A stretch of DNA of 64,000 nucleotides from Oscillospiraceae bacterium (GTDB lineage Bacteria; Bacillota; Clostridia; Oscillospirales; Acutalibacteraceae), in contig SVOT01000005.1 of NCBI GenBank assembly GCA_015066225.1, positions 4,498 through 68,497 on the forward strand, given 5' to 3'. How positions within the stretch are numbered: position 1 is the first letter of the stretch; every line of letters begins with the position of its first letter. The notes under the pieces are model-generated. The model was not told the DNA's origin, did no database searches, and saw only the letters and a list, made by a program, of their open reading frames with translations. Positions 55,896-64,000 of this stretch are shown here, in pieces. A program made the translations under genes and the position numbers.

Positions 55896-56639
55896 ATGAA
55901 CTACCCTACCCCTCACATAAACGCAACACCTGAGGATTTTGCAAAAACCGTGCTTATGCCCGGCGACCCCCTCAGAGCAAAATTTATTGCGGAAAGCTTT
56001 CTTGAAAATGCAAGACTTGTTAACAACGTGCGCGGAATTCACGGCTACACGGGAACATACAAGGGAGTGCCCGTTTCGGTTATGGCATCAGGTATGGGTA
56101 TGCCCTCTATCGGCATTTACAGCCACGAGCTTTTCAACTTTTTCGGAGTTGAAAACATTATCCGTGTAGGGTCTGCCGGAGGTATGTGTGAGAAAGTCAA
56201 GGTAAGGGACATTATTATCGCTCAGGGTGCCTGCACCGACTCAAGCTATGCCCACACCTTTAACCTGCCCGGCACCTTTGCCCCAATTGCAGATTACTCT
56301 CTTCTTAAAGCCTCTGCGGACATTGCTGAAGAAATGAACCTTTCATACGTGGTGGGCAACATTGTTTCATCCGACACCTTTTACAACGACAACGAAAACC
56401 TGCCCGAGGGCATGACATCTGCGGACTTGTGGCGAAAAATGGGTGTTCTCGGTGTTGAAATGGAGGCTGCGGCGCTTTATATGAATGCCGCAAGAAGCGG
56501 CAAAAGAGCCCTCGCAATTCTCACCGTTTCAGACCACCTTGTCACAGGGGAATCGCTTTCGTCTGACGAAAGACAGAATTCCTTCACAGATATGATGAAG
56601 CTTTCACTTGAAACGGCGGTAAAATTGGCAAATGAATAA
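55896..56639 (+). CDS. deoD: purine nucleoside phosphorylase, DeoD type
   Basis: TPHINATPEDFAKTVLMPGDPLRAKFIAE..GMGMPSIGIYSHEL and VEMEAAALY blocks are present. Confidence 0.9.
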   Translation: MNYPTPHINATPEDFAKTVLMPGDPLRAKFIAESFLENARLVNNVRGIHGYTGTYKGVPVSVMASGMGMPSIGIYSHELFNFFGVENIIRVGSAGGMCEKVKVRDIIIAQGACTDSSYAHTFNLPGTFAPIADYSLLKASADIAEEMNLSYVVGNIVSSDTFYNDNENLPEGMTSADLWRKMGVLGVEMEAAALYMNAARSGKRALAILTVSDHLVTGESLSSDERQNSFTDMMKLSLETAVKLANE

Positions 56640-57756
56640 CATAAAAAGAGTGTTTCTCATTGTTCTCGACAGCTGCGGTATCGGCGACGCACCCGATGCC
56701 GAGCTCTTCGGTGATTATGGCGCAAACACAATAAAATCAATTTCAAAATCAAAAGAATTTAATATAAAAAATCTTCTCTCAATAGGCTTTTCTCGCATCG
56801 ACGGTCTTTCTTATCTTGGCGGTGGCGAGCTGAAATGCACCGTTGCAAGACTTTGTGAAAAATCGAAGGGCAAGGACACAACAATCGGTCATTGGGAAAT
56901 TACGGGTGTGGTTTCAGAAAAGCCTCTGCCCACCTTTCCACATGGCTTTCCCGAGGATTTCCTCAAGGATTTTTCGAAAAAAATCGGTAGAGGAGTTATC
57001 TGCAACAAGACCTACTCGGGCACAGAGGTTATCAAGGATTACGGCGAAGAGCATTTGAAAACAGGTGATTTGATTATTTACACCTCCGCCGACAGCGTTT
57101 TTCAGATTGCCGCCCACGAAAGCCTTGTGCCACCCGAAAAGCTGTATGAATATTGCAGAATTGCCCGTGAAATGCTGAAAGGCGATTTGGGCGTCGGCAG
57201 AGTTATTGCAAGACCCTTTGAGGATGATTACCCATTTAAAAGAACGCCCCGCCGCCACGATTTTTCTATTGAGCCCCCAAAAGATACGCTTCTTGACGAG
57301 CTGAATTCTTCGGGCTTTGACGTTATCGGCGTTGGCAAAATCCACGACATATTTGCAGGAAAGGGTCTTACCGAACACGTTTTCACCCAAAACAATCTTG
57401 ACGGAATGACAAAAACAACAGAATACCAGAAAAAAGACTTCAACGGTCTTTGCTTTGTGAATCTCGTTGATTTCGATATGGTTTTCGGCCACAGGCGAGA
57501 TGTTGACGGCTACGCAAATGCTCTTTCGGAGTTTGACGAATGGCTTGGCGGCTTCATTAATAATATGAAAAGCGACGATGCTCTCATAATCACCGCTGAC
57601 CACGGCTGTGACCCCCTTTACAAGGGCACCGACCACACAAGAGAATGTGTGCCGTTTGTTCTTTACTCTAAAGACATTACACCCGAAAATCTCGGCACAA
57701 CAGACGGCTTTGATTTTATCAGCCGAAAAATAAAACAAATACTTGTAAAAGAGTGA
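56632..57756 (+). CDS. deoB: phosphopentomutase
   Basis: RVFLIVLDSCGIG and ITADHGCDP metal-site blocks are present. Overlaps the deoD stop. Confidence 0.85.
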   Translation: MNNIKRVFLIVLDSCGIGDAPDAELFGDYGANTIKSISKSKEFNIKNLLSIGFSRIDGLSYLGGGELKCTVARLCEKSKGKDTTIGHWEITGVVSEKPLPTFPHGFPEDFLKDFSKKIGRGVICNKTYSGTEVIKDYGEEHLKTGDLIIYTSADSVFQIAAHESLVPPEKLYEYCRIAREMLKGDLGVGRVIARPFEDDYPFKRTPRRHDFSIEPPKDTLLDELNSSGFDVIGVGKIHDIFAGKGLTEHVFTQNNLDGMTKTTEYQKKDFNGLCFVNLVDFDMVFGHRRDVDGYANALSEFDEWLGGFINNMKSDDALIITADHGCDPLYKGTDHTRECVPFVLYSKDITPENLGTTDGFDFISRKIKQILVKE

Positions 57757-57760
57757 TTTT

Positions 57761-58168
57761 ATGACAGATAAAAAATTATATAACCTTGCAAAAGAGGCTA
57801 TGAAAAACTCCTATTCACCTTATTCCGACTGCAAGGTAGGGGCGGCGTTTCTCACAGCAAGCGGAAAGGTTTTTACAGGCACAAATATCGAAAATGCCGC
57901 TTTCGGCCCCACAGTCTGCGCCGAAAGGGTTGCAATTTTTAAAGCCGTTTCCGAGGGCGAAAGAAGTTTTTCAAAAATCGCCGTTGTCGGCGGCAAGGGC
58001 GGGGTAATTGACGGTATTTTTGCCCCCTGCGGAGTGTGCCGACAGGTTCTCAGAGAATTCTGCGACGACGATTTCACACTTCTTCTGGGCGAAACCCCCG
58101 ACAGCTTTAAAACTTTAACGTTAAAGGATTTATTGCCATTATCATTCAGCCCTGAAAACGTGAAATAA
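57761..58168 (+). CDS. cdd: cytidine deaminase
   Basis: Zinc motifs CAERVAIFKA and PCGVCRQVL. 135 aa. Confidence 0.9.
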   Translation: MTDKKLYNLAKEAMKNSYSPYSDCKVGAAFLTASGKVFTGTNIENAAFGPTVCAERVAIFKAVSEGERSFSKIAVVGGKGGVIDGIFAPCGVCRQVLREFCDDDFTLLLGETPDSFKTLTLKDLLPLSFSPENVK

Positions 58169-58178
58169 ATTCAAACTT

Positions 58179-58330
58179 ACGGGTAAGCCCCGAAGCTTGC
58201 AACTACGTTATTCGTTTCACCAACGAAGAGCGTCCGCAAGGGGGCGACCCACCACCCCGCCTGCGTTACACTACGGCGCGGTCCCCCTCCCTATTTGCCG
58301 TTGGCAAACAGGGATGATAGGCTTCACAAC
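58179..58330 (+). ncRNA. candidate structured RNA module, short form (E5 copy), preceded by a truncated TR
   Basis: ACGGGTAAGCCCCGAAGCTTGCAACT (TR hairpin plus last heptamer), then CTACGTTATTCGTTTCACCAACGAAGAGCGTCCGCAAG, then the core with hairpins ACCCCGCC../..GGCGCGGT and TTTGCC/GGCAAA, ending GGGATGATAGGCTTCACAAC. Confidence 0.5.
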
Positions 58331-58351
58331 ACTTTAACAATAGAGGTAATT

Positions 58352-59653
58352 ATGAGAATATACGACATTATAAAAAAGAAACGTGACGGTTTTGCACTTT
58401 CAAAGGAAGAAATCGAATTTTTTATAAAGGGCTACATTGACGGCTCAATTCACGACTACCAGGCGTCTGCTCTTTGCATGGCAATATTTTTTCGTGGTAT
58501 GAACGAAAAAGAAACTGCAGATTTGACCCTTGCCATGGCGCATTCAGGCGACACGGTTGATTTGTCACGCTTTGGTGAGCTCACCGTTGACAAACACAGC
58601 ACAGGCGGCGTAGGTGACAAAACCACCTTGATTGTTGCCCCCATTGTTGCCTCCCTTGGCTGCGTTATTGCAAAAATGAGTGGCAGGGGGCTTGGCCACA
58701 CAGGTGGCACGGTTGACAAGCTCGAATCTATTGAGGGCTTCAACACAGAGCTTTCAAATGAAGAATTTTTTCAACAGGTGGAAAAAATCGGTATCGCCGT
58801 TATCGGGCAAACGGGCAACCTTACACCTGCCGATAAAAAGCTTTATGCCCTGCGTGACGTTACCGCCACGGTTGATAATCTCTCGCTTATTGCTTCAAGC
58901 ATAATGAGCAAGAAGCTTGCCGCAGGCTCGCACACAATAGTGCTTGATGTTAAATACGGCTCGGGGGCTTTTATGAAAACACCCGAGGCTGCAAAAGAGC
59001 TTGCAGAGGCTATGGTAAAAATCGGCAACAGCTGCGGCAGAAAAACGGCGGCCGTTATTACTAATATGGACATCCCCCTTGGTGCCAACATCGGCAACGC
59101 TTTAGAGGTTAAAGAGGCAATAGAAGTCCTCAAAGGCAACGGTGCAGATGACCTCAGAGAGGTTTGCCTCACTCTTGCGACACAGATTGTCTCACTTTCC
59201 AAAAACATCCCCGAAAACGAAGCGAGAGCTCTCACGGAGGATGCTCTTTATTCGGGCAAGGCATTCCTGAAATTCAAAGAATGGATTGAAACCCAGGGCG
59301 GAAACCCGAAAATGATTGAAAACCCCGAGCTTCTTCCCTCACCCGCATTCAGCCGTGAGGTGAAAGCCCCCGCAGACGGCTACGTTGAAAAAATTGATAC
59401 GGAGGCCGTGGGAATAGCCTCGGTTATTCTCGGTGCAGGCAGAAAGACAAAAGAAGACAGCATTGATATGAGTGCAGGTATTATCATTTCCAAAAAAACA
59501 GGCGACAATATAAAAGCGGGCGACACCCTCGCCACACTTTACACATCAACCGAAAACACACTCGATTCAGCAGAAGAAAAATTTCTTTCCGCCCTCAGCT
59601 TTTGTGAAAACCCGCCTGAAATTTCACCCCTTATTTATGAGGTGTTAAAATAA
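58352..59653 (+). CDS. pdp: pyrimidine-nucleoside phosphorylase
   Basis: Start MRIYDIIKKKRDG and the DKHSTGGVGDKT block are present. 433 aa. ATG 58352 after AGAGGT; the track's upstream extension runs through the repeat. Confidence 0.9.
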   Translation: MRIYDIIKKKRDGFALSKEEIEFFIKGYIDGSIHDYQASALCMAIFFRGMNEKETADLTLAMAHSGDTVDLSRFGELTVDKHSTGGVGDKTTLIVAPIVASLGCVIAKMSGRGLGHTGGTVDKLESIEGFNTELSNEEFFQQVEKIGIAVIGQTGNLTPADKKLYALRDVTATVDNLSLIASSIMSKKLAAGSHTIVLDVKYGSGAFMKTPEAAKELAEAMVKIGNSCGRKTAAVITNMDIPLGANIGNALEVKEAIEVLKGNGADDLREVCLTLATQIVSLSKNIPENEARALTEDALYSGKAFLKFKEWIETQGGNPKMIENPELLPSPAFSREVKAPADGYVEKIDTEAVGIASVILGAGRKTKEDSIDMSAGIIISKKTGDNIKAGDTLATLYTSTENTLDSAEEKFLSALSFCENPPEISPLIYEVLK

Positions 59654-59688
59654 TCGTTAATGTAGAAAATAATTAAACAGAGAATAAG

Positions 59689-59731
59689 CAAACAAACCGA
59701 GAGTTTTTTGATACTCTCGGTTTGTTTTTTT
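59689..59731 (+). terminator. rho-independent terminator (bidirectional)
   Basis: Hairpin CAAACAAACCGAGAG/CTCTCGGTTTGTTT followed by TTTTT. Confidence 0.75.
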
Positions 59732-59748
59732 GTTTTAAATATTCATAA

Positions 59749-60045
59749 TCAGAATATTCCCTTGTTGTATTTGAACTGACCGTAGATAATTACGCCAATA
59801 CCCGCAACAAGGCATACTATTGTGAGAATAAAGCTCTCTTTGAAAAATGAAATTATACCGTCGGTTAGCATGCCAATGCCTATAAGCCCTGTGCCAAGGC
59901 CAACCGTTCTGCCGTAGGGGATGCGTGTTTCCTCGGTTATTCTTTTTATGTGATAAGAATGCATCAGCTCAATATGCCCCTTTGAAAGGGCAATACCCAT
60001 AGCCACAAAAACAACGCCCAAAAAGATAACAAGAATGTTCTTCTC
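59749..60045 (-). CDS. small membrane protein (3 TM), function unknown
   Basis: I prefer the start MEKNILVIFLGV (60045), because the longer track ORF runs through the glyQS terminator hairpin. Confidence 0.5.
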   Translation of the reverse strand, partial: EKNILVIFLGVVFVAMGIALSKGHIELMHSYHIKRITEETRIPYGRTVGLGTGLIGIGMLTDGIISFFKESFILTIVCLVAGIGVIIYGQFKYNKGIF

Positions 60046-60060
60046 CATAGCTATAACTCC

Positions 60061-60090
60061 AAAAAACGCCCGAATCAGCAGATTCGGGCG
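60061..60090 (-). terminator. rho-independent terminator of glyQS
   Basis: On the minus strand: CGCCCGAATC-tgct-GATTCGGGCG followed by TTTTTT. Confidence 0.75.
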
Positions 60091-60099
60091 CACAATTAA

Positions 60100-61482
60100 T
60101 CAGAATGCGATTTTTTCTTCAATGTAGCTTTCAAGCTCATTTATAGAAATGCGAACCTGCTCCATTGTATCTCTGTCACGTACTGTTACGCAACCGTCTT
60201 CAACGCTTTCAAAGTCGTATGTGATGCAGAAGGGTGTGCCGATTTCATCCTGACGGCGATATCTTTTACCGATTGAGCCTGCGTCATCATAATCAACGTT
60301 GAACTTTTTGGAAAGAGAGGTGAACACCTCTGTTGCCTGCTCGTTGAGCTTCTTTGAAAGGGGAAGAATTGCACATTTGAAGGGTGCAAGTGTGGGATGA
60401 AGACGAAGAACAACTCTTGTGTCGTTCTTTTCTGCGTCAACAACCTCTTCATCATAAGCCTCTGTGAGGATTGTGAGGAAAAGTCTTTCAACGCCGAGAG
60501 AGGGCTCGATAACGTAGGGAATGTATCTCTCGTTTGTTTCGGGGTCGAAATAATCAAGGCTCTTACCTGAGGTATTGATGTGCTGAGTGAGGTCATAGTC
60601 TGTTCTGTCGGCAACGCCCCAAAGCTCGCCCCAGCCGAAGGGGAAAAGGTATTCAAAGTCTGTTGTAGCCTTTGAATAGAAGCAAAGCTCCTCGGGGTCG
60701 TGGTCACGAAGACGAAGGTTTTCTTCTTTAATGCCCAGAGAATAGAGCCAGTCACGGCAGAAGCCACGCCAATATTCAAACCATTCAAGGTCTGTGCCGG
60801 GCTTGCAGAAAAATTCAAGCTCCATCTGTTCAAACTCACGAACACGGAAAATGAAGTTACCGGGTGTGATTTCGTTACGGAATGATTTACCGATCTGAGC
60901 AACACCGAAGGGAACCTTCTTTCTTGTTGTTCGCTGAATATTTGCAAAGTTTACAAAAATACCCTGTGCAGTTTCGGGGCGAAGATAAAGCTCGTTTTTG
61001 CTGTCCTCAGTAACACCCTGGAAGGTTTTGAACATAAGGTTAAACTGACGGATATCTGTAAAATTATGCTTGCCGCACTGGGGGCAGGCAATTTCTTTTT
61101 CTTTGATGTATTCCATCATCTGCTCATTTGACCAGCCTGCAACATTTGTGCCGTCGAAATCCTCAATGAGGTTGTCTGCTCTGTGGCGTGTTTTACATTC
61201 ACGGCAATCCATAAGCGGGTCAGAGAAGCCGCCAAGGTGACCTGATGCAACCCATGTCTGGGGATTCATGAGAATTGCGCTGTCAAGACCAACGTTGTAG
61301 GGGTTCTCCTGAATAAACTTCTTTCTCCAAGCATTTTTGATGTTTGTTTTGAGCTCAACACCAAGGGGACCGTAGTCCCAAGTGTTTGCAAGACCGCCGT
61401 AGATTTCACTGCCGGCATACACGAAACCCCTGCCCTTGCAAAGAGCAACGAGTTTTTCCATCGACTTTTCTGTGTTTTTCAT
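60100..61482 (-). CDS. glyQS: glycine--tRNA ligase (homodimeric type)
   Basis: 460 aa. Blocks [31 protein letters not shown] and [13 protein letters not shown] (class II motifs). Confidence 0.9.
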   Translation of the reverse strand: MKNTEKSMEKLVALCKGRGFVYAGSEIYGGLANTWDYGPLGVELKTNIKNAWRKKFIQENPYNVGLDSAILMNPQTWVASGHLGGFSDPLMDCRECKTRHRADNLIEDFDGTNVAGWSNEQMMEYIKEKEIACPQCGKHNFTDIRQFNLMFKTFQGVTEDSKNELYLRPETAQGIFVNFANIQRTTRKKVPFGVAQIGKSFRNEITPGNFIFRVREFEQMELEFFCKPGTDLEWFEYWRGFCRDWLYSLGIKEENLRLRDHDPEELCFYSKATTDFEYLFPFGWGELWGVADRTDYDLTQHINTSGKSLDYFDPETNERYIPYVIEPSLGVERLFLTILTEAYDEEVVDAEKNDTRVVLRLHPTLAPFKCAILPLSKKLNEQATEVFTSLSKKFNVDYDDAGSIGKRYRRQDEIGTPFCITYDFESVEDGCVTVRDRDTMEQVRISINELESYIEEKIAF

Positions 61483-61506
61483 AGTGTTTATCCTTTCAGA
61501 TTAAAT

Positions 61507-61559
61507 AGTTGCAAGTGGCAAGTTGCAAGTGGCAAGTTTCGGGACCTGCGGTCGGCATT
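61507..61559 (+). repeat. TR copy (E6, glyQS-proximal)
   Basis: AGTTGCAAG TGGCAAG TTGCAAG TGGCAAG TTTCGGG ACCTGCGGTC GGCATT. The hairpin stem is changed but still complementary. Confidence 0.8.
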
Positions 61560-61597
61560 ATAACTAACACCACTCTCACTTACTTTGCACCATTAAA

Positions 61598-61951
61598 TTA
61601 CTTTTGTAGGTTGTTTTTAGTTGTTCTGACTATTGCATACAGTGTTTTCTCTATCTCTACACATTCTGCCAAAATAGATTCCACTTCTCTCTCGGTCAAT
61701 TTCCCTGTCGCTTTTAAAAGCCTCAACCAATATTTGGTTTCGCTGTTTTCTTTTAATGCAATATTCATTTTCGTCAAAAAATCTGCTTGACTTTGAGCCT
61801 GTTGTGCTTCCGCGACATTTGCGCCTATACTTGTTCCAGAACGCAAAATCTGGCTGCTGATATCATACTCGTTTGTGTGTTTAAGCAAGTAATCCTTCAA
61901 ATTCACAATTCTGACAGCAAAGTCAAAAGTGCGTTTTTCAATATCAGCCAT
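61598..61951 (-). CDS. four helix bundle protein (TIGR02436 / 23S rRNA intervening-sequence protein family, Avd-like)
   Basis: QILRSGTSIGANVAEAQQAQSQADFLTKMNIALKENSETKYWLRLL matches the family signature (RS.TSIGANIAEA...S..DF..K..IALKE..ET.YWL.LL). ATG 61951 with GAAGG RBS. Confidence 0.85.
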   Translation of the reverse strand: MADIEKRTFDFAVRIVNLKDYLLKHTNEYDISSQILRSGTSIGANVAEAQQAQSQADFLTKMNIALKENSETKYWLRLLKATGKLTEREVESILAECVEIEKTLYAIVRTTKNNLQK

Positions 61952-61988
61952 ATATACGCCTTCATTCAAATATCTTTTTATTGTTTTA

Positions 61989-62042
61989 CAATCGGCGCAT
62001 AGCGCCCCTTAATTTGCCACTTGCCACTCTCAACTTGCAACT
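61989..62042 (-). repeat. TR copy (E6, distal, inverted)
   Basis: Reverse complement reads AGTTGCAAG TTGAGAG TGGCAAG TGGCAAA TTAAGGG GCGCTATGCGCC GATTG. Confidence 0.8.
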
Positions 62043-62047
62043 TGTTA

Positions 62048-63997
62048 TCAGTTGTCTGTATCAAGCTTTTTATCTGATACCTTGCCGCCGAATTGACTGT
62101 AATACATATCTGCATAAAGACCGTCTGCTGCCATAAGCTGGTCGTGAGTTCCCCTTTCTTTTACGGCGCCGCCGTCGATAAAGAGGATTTCGTCTGCCTT
62201 TCTGATGGTTGAAAGACGGTGGGCGATAACAAAGTTTGTTCTGCCCTTCATAATTTCGCTCATAGCCGCCTGAACAAGAAGCTCTGTTCTTGTGTCAACG
62301 GAGCTTGTAGCCTCGTCAAGAATAAGAATTTGCGGGTCCTTGAGAAGTGCCCTTGCTATTGTAAGAAGCTGTCGCTGACCCTGTGAAAGGTTTGCGCCGT
62401 TTTCTTCGAGAATTGTTTCATAGCCGTCGGGCAATTCTTTTATGAATTCTTCGGCTCTTGCCGCCTTTGCCGCCGCAATAACCTCTTCATCTGTTGCACC
62501 GAGCCTGCTGTAACGGATGTTATCCTTAACAGAGCCGTTGAAAAGCCACGTATCCTGAAGAACCATACCGTAAAGCGACCTGAGCTCATCTCGGGGCACG
62601 TCTCTTATATCTGTTCCGTCAATGGTGATTTTGCCGCCGTTGACGTCGTAAAAACGCATTAACAGGTTAACAAAGGTTGTTTTGCCTGCACCCGTGGGGC
62701 CAACAAGGGCAACCAGGCCACCTCTTTTAACGGTGATGTCAAGGTGCTCCATAAGAGGCTTTTCGGGGTCGTATGAAAATGACACATCCTCAAACTTCAG
62801 TTCTTTTTCGAAGGTGAGCTTTGCTTTGTCGCTGTCTGCATCCTCCTCGGGCTCGTCTAAAAGAGCAAAAACTCTTTCGGATGAAGCCATGCTCGATTGA
62901 AGATTGTTTGCAATCTGCGCAAGCTGTGAAATTGGGGATGTAAACAATTTTGAGTATGTGATAAAGGTGAGAATGCCGCCAATAGTGAAGCTTTCACCCA
63001 TATCGTAAATAACCGTTCCGCCAATTGCGAAAACGCCGTTGTTGACAATAAGGAAGCCACCCAACACCGCAATAATAATATAGCCGATGTTGTCAACAAG
63101 GTTAATAAACGGGGCAATTATGCCCGAAATAAACTGGGCTCTGCGTGAAACGTCGGTGAGCTCGTCGTTTATGTCGTTGAACTCGTCAACCGCCAACTGC
63201 TCCTGCCCGAAGAGGCGAACAATTTTGTGGCCTGTGTACATTTCTTCAACGTGGCCGTTAAGCTCGCCCATTCTGTCCCATTGCTTTTTAAACAGCTTCT
63301 TGGACACCCTCATAATGCTGAGCGCTATTGCCGCCGCGGGGGGCACAACAGCCACAACCGCAAGGGTAAGAAACCAGTTTGTTGCAAGCATCATTCCGAA
63401 AACGCCCACAATGGTCACTATGGAAGTGATGATTGAAACCATATTGTGCTGGAGGGTGTTGCTGATATTGTCAATATCGTTGATTATTCTCGAAAGAATA
63501 TCACCCTTTGCGTTGGAGTCAAAATATTTAAGCGGAAGGTGTGAGAGCTTGTGGTTAATATCCTCTCGCAGACGGCGGACTATTTTCGCCGTTACGCCTG
63601 CCATTGTGTATTGCTGAATAAACGAGAAAACAGCCATACCTCCATAAGCCACAAGAATCAGCACTAAATACGGCACAAGAGCCTCCGCAGAAATCTGCTG
63701 ACCGTGAATTTTAAGCTCAACCTGCTCACTGAGCACGTCGAGTGCTTCACCAATGTAGGTGGGGCCAACAACGTTGCCAATGGTGCTGAGAATGCAGGTG
63801 ATAAGCACAATCACCATGCCCACCTTGTGTTCAAACAAATACTTTACAAGTCGTTTTGCCGTTGGCACAAAGCTCTGGGGCTTTTCGCCCGTTTCCTTGT
63901 TACTTCTGTATGAGGAATATCTCTGTTGGCGGGTTTTTCGCCTGTTTTCAAGAACCTTCTGCCTTTTTTCGTCAAGATTTCGTGCTTGGGGTTTCAT
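62048..63997 (-). CDS. ABC exporter, fused permease/ATP-binding protein
   Basis: Six-TM domain followed by Walker A GPTGAGKTT, LSQGQRQL and ILILDEATSSVD. 649 aa. The start is at the window edge. Confidence 0.8.
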   Translation of the reverse strand: MKPQARNLDEKRQKVLENRRKTRQQRYSSYRSNKETGEKPQSFVPTAKRLVKYLFEHKVGMVIVLITCILSTIGNVVGPTYIGEALDVLSEQVELKIHGQQISAEALVPYLVLILVAYGGMAVFSFIQQYTMAGVTAKIVRRLREDINHKLSHLPLKYFDSNAKGDILSRIINDIDNISNTLQHNMVSIITSIVTIVGVFGMMLATNWFLTLAVVAVVPPAAAIALSIMRVSKKLFKKQWDRMGELNGHVEEMYTGHKIVRLFGQEQLAVDEFNDINDELTDVSRRAQFISGIIAPFINLVDNIGYIIIAVLGGFLIVNNGVFAIGGTVIYDMGESFTIGGILTFITYSKLFTSPISQLAQIANNLQSSMASSERVFALLDEPEEDADSDKAKLTFEKELKFEDVSFSYDPEKPLMEHLDITVKRGGLVALVGPTGAGKTTFVNLLMRFYDVNGGKITIDGTDIRDVPRDELRSLYGMVLQDTWLFNGSVKDNIRYSRLGATDEEVIAAAKAARAEEFIKELPDGYETILEENGANLSQGQRQLLTIARALLKDPQILILDEATSSVDTRTELLVQAAMSEIMKGRTNFVIAHRLSTIRKADEILFIDGGAVKERGTHDQLMAADGLYADMYYSQFGGKVSDKKLDTDN

Positions 63998-64000
63998 TGG

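Larger units (their letters stand above)
61507..62042 (-). mobile_element. inverted-repeat-bounded cassette (E6) carrying a four-helix-bundle gene
   Basis: TR copies at 61507-61559 (+) and 61989-62042 (inverted) flank a single small gene. The cassette fills the gap between the ABC exporter stop (62048) and the glyQS start (61482). No transposase is present, and mobility is an inference. Confidence 0.5.

Noticed and set aside
61598-61951. A diversity-generating retroelement, because the protein is Avd-like
   Set aside because: No reverse transcriptase and no template/variable repeat pair is visible anywhere in the 64 kb. Only the accessory-protein homolog is present, so a DGR cannot be supported here.
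1-64000. tRNA, rRNA, tmRNA, prophage, integrase/transposase or recognisable defense-system genes
   Set aside because: Reading all intergenic regions and ORF translations revealed none. rmuC appears in its ordinary housekeeping form.

Overview
The window looks like a chromosomal segment of an anaerobic Firmicute, probably Clostridia of the Oscillospiraceae/Ruminococcaceae type. That guess rests on a dockerin protein, class III RNR, UPF0210/ACT pair and GGAGG-type RBSs, and is made by eye only. About 53 genes are tightly packed. Housekeeping genes: mnmA, sdaA, mnmG, trxB, nrdD/nrdG, rmuC, glpK, malQ, dCMP deaminase, fba, glyQS and a deoD-deoB-cdd-pdp nucleoside operon. Carbohydrate genes: three MFS/GPH glycoside transporters, DUF4091, GH2, GH38, phosphodiester glycosidase and three PHP-domain hydrolases. 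Also present: a YtrA-type GntR/ABC module, two ABC exporters, bioY and an orphan Na+-decarboxylase beta subunit. I found no rRNA, tRNA, CRISPR array, transposase or integrase. The most unusual content is non-coding. A dispersed family of intergenic elements occurs at six loci (about 8.9, 11.0, 30.0, 42.7, 58.2 and 61.5-62.0 kb). Each is built from a ~50-bp terminal repeat: an array of 7-bp units (T[T/G]GCAAG x3-4), then TTTCGGG, a GC hairpin with compensatory changes, and GATT. The repeats often occur as inverted pairs around interchangeable cargo. Cargo types are a ~130-170-nt hairpin-rich module in long and short forms with stem covariation between copies (candidate unclassified ncRNA), a four-helix-bundle (23S rRNA IVS / Avd-like) gene, or three tandem ~100-bp repeats. 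Two copies bracket a visibly AT-rich island encoding two unknown membrane proteins. Secondary points: an NrdD fused to a C-terminal glutaredoxin-like domain next to trxB, with four NrdR boxes; a pair of paralogous secreted double-CxxCG proteins; and several transporter-enzyme couplings with uncharacterised partners.
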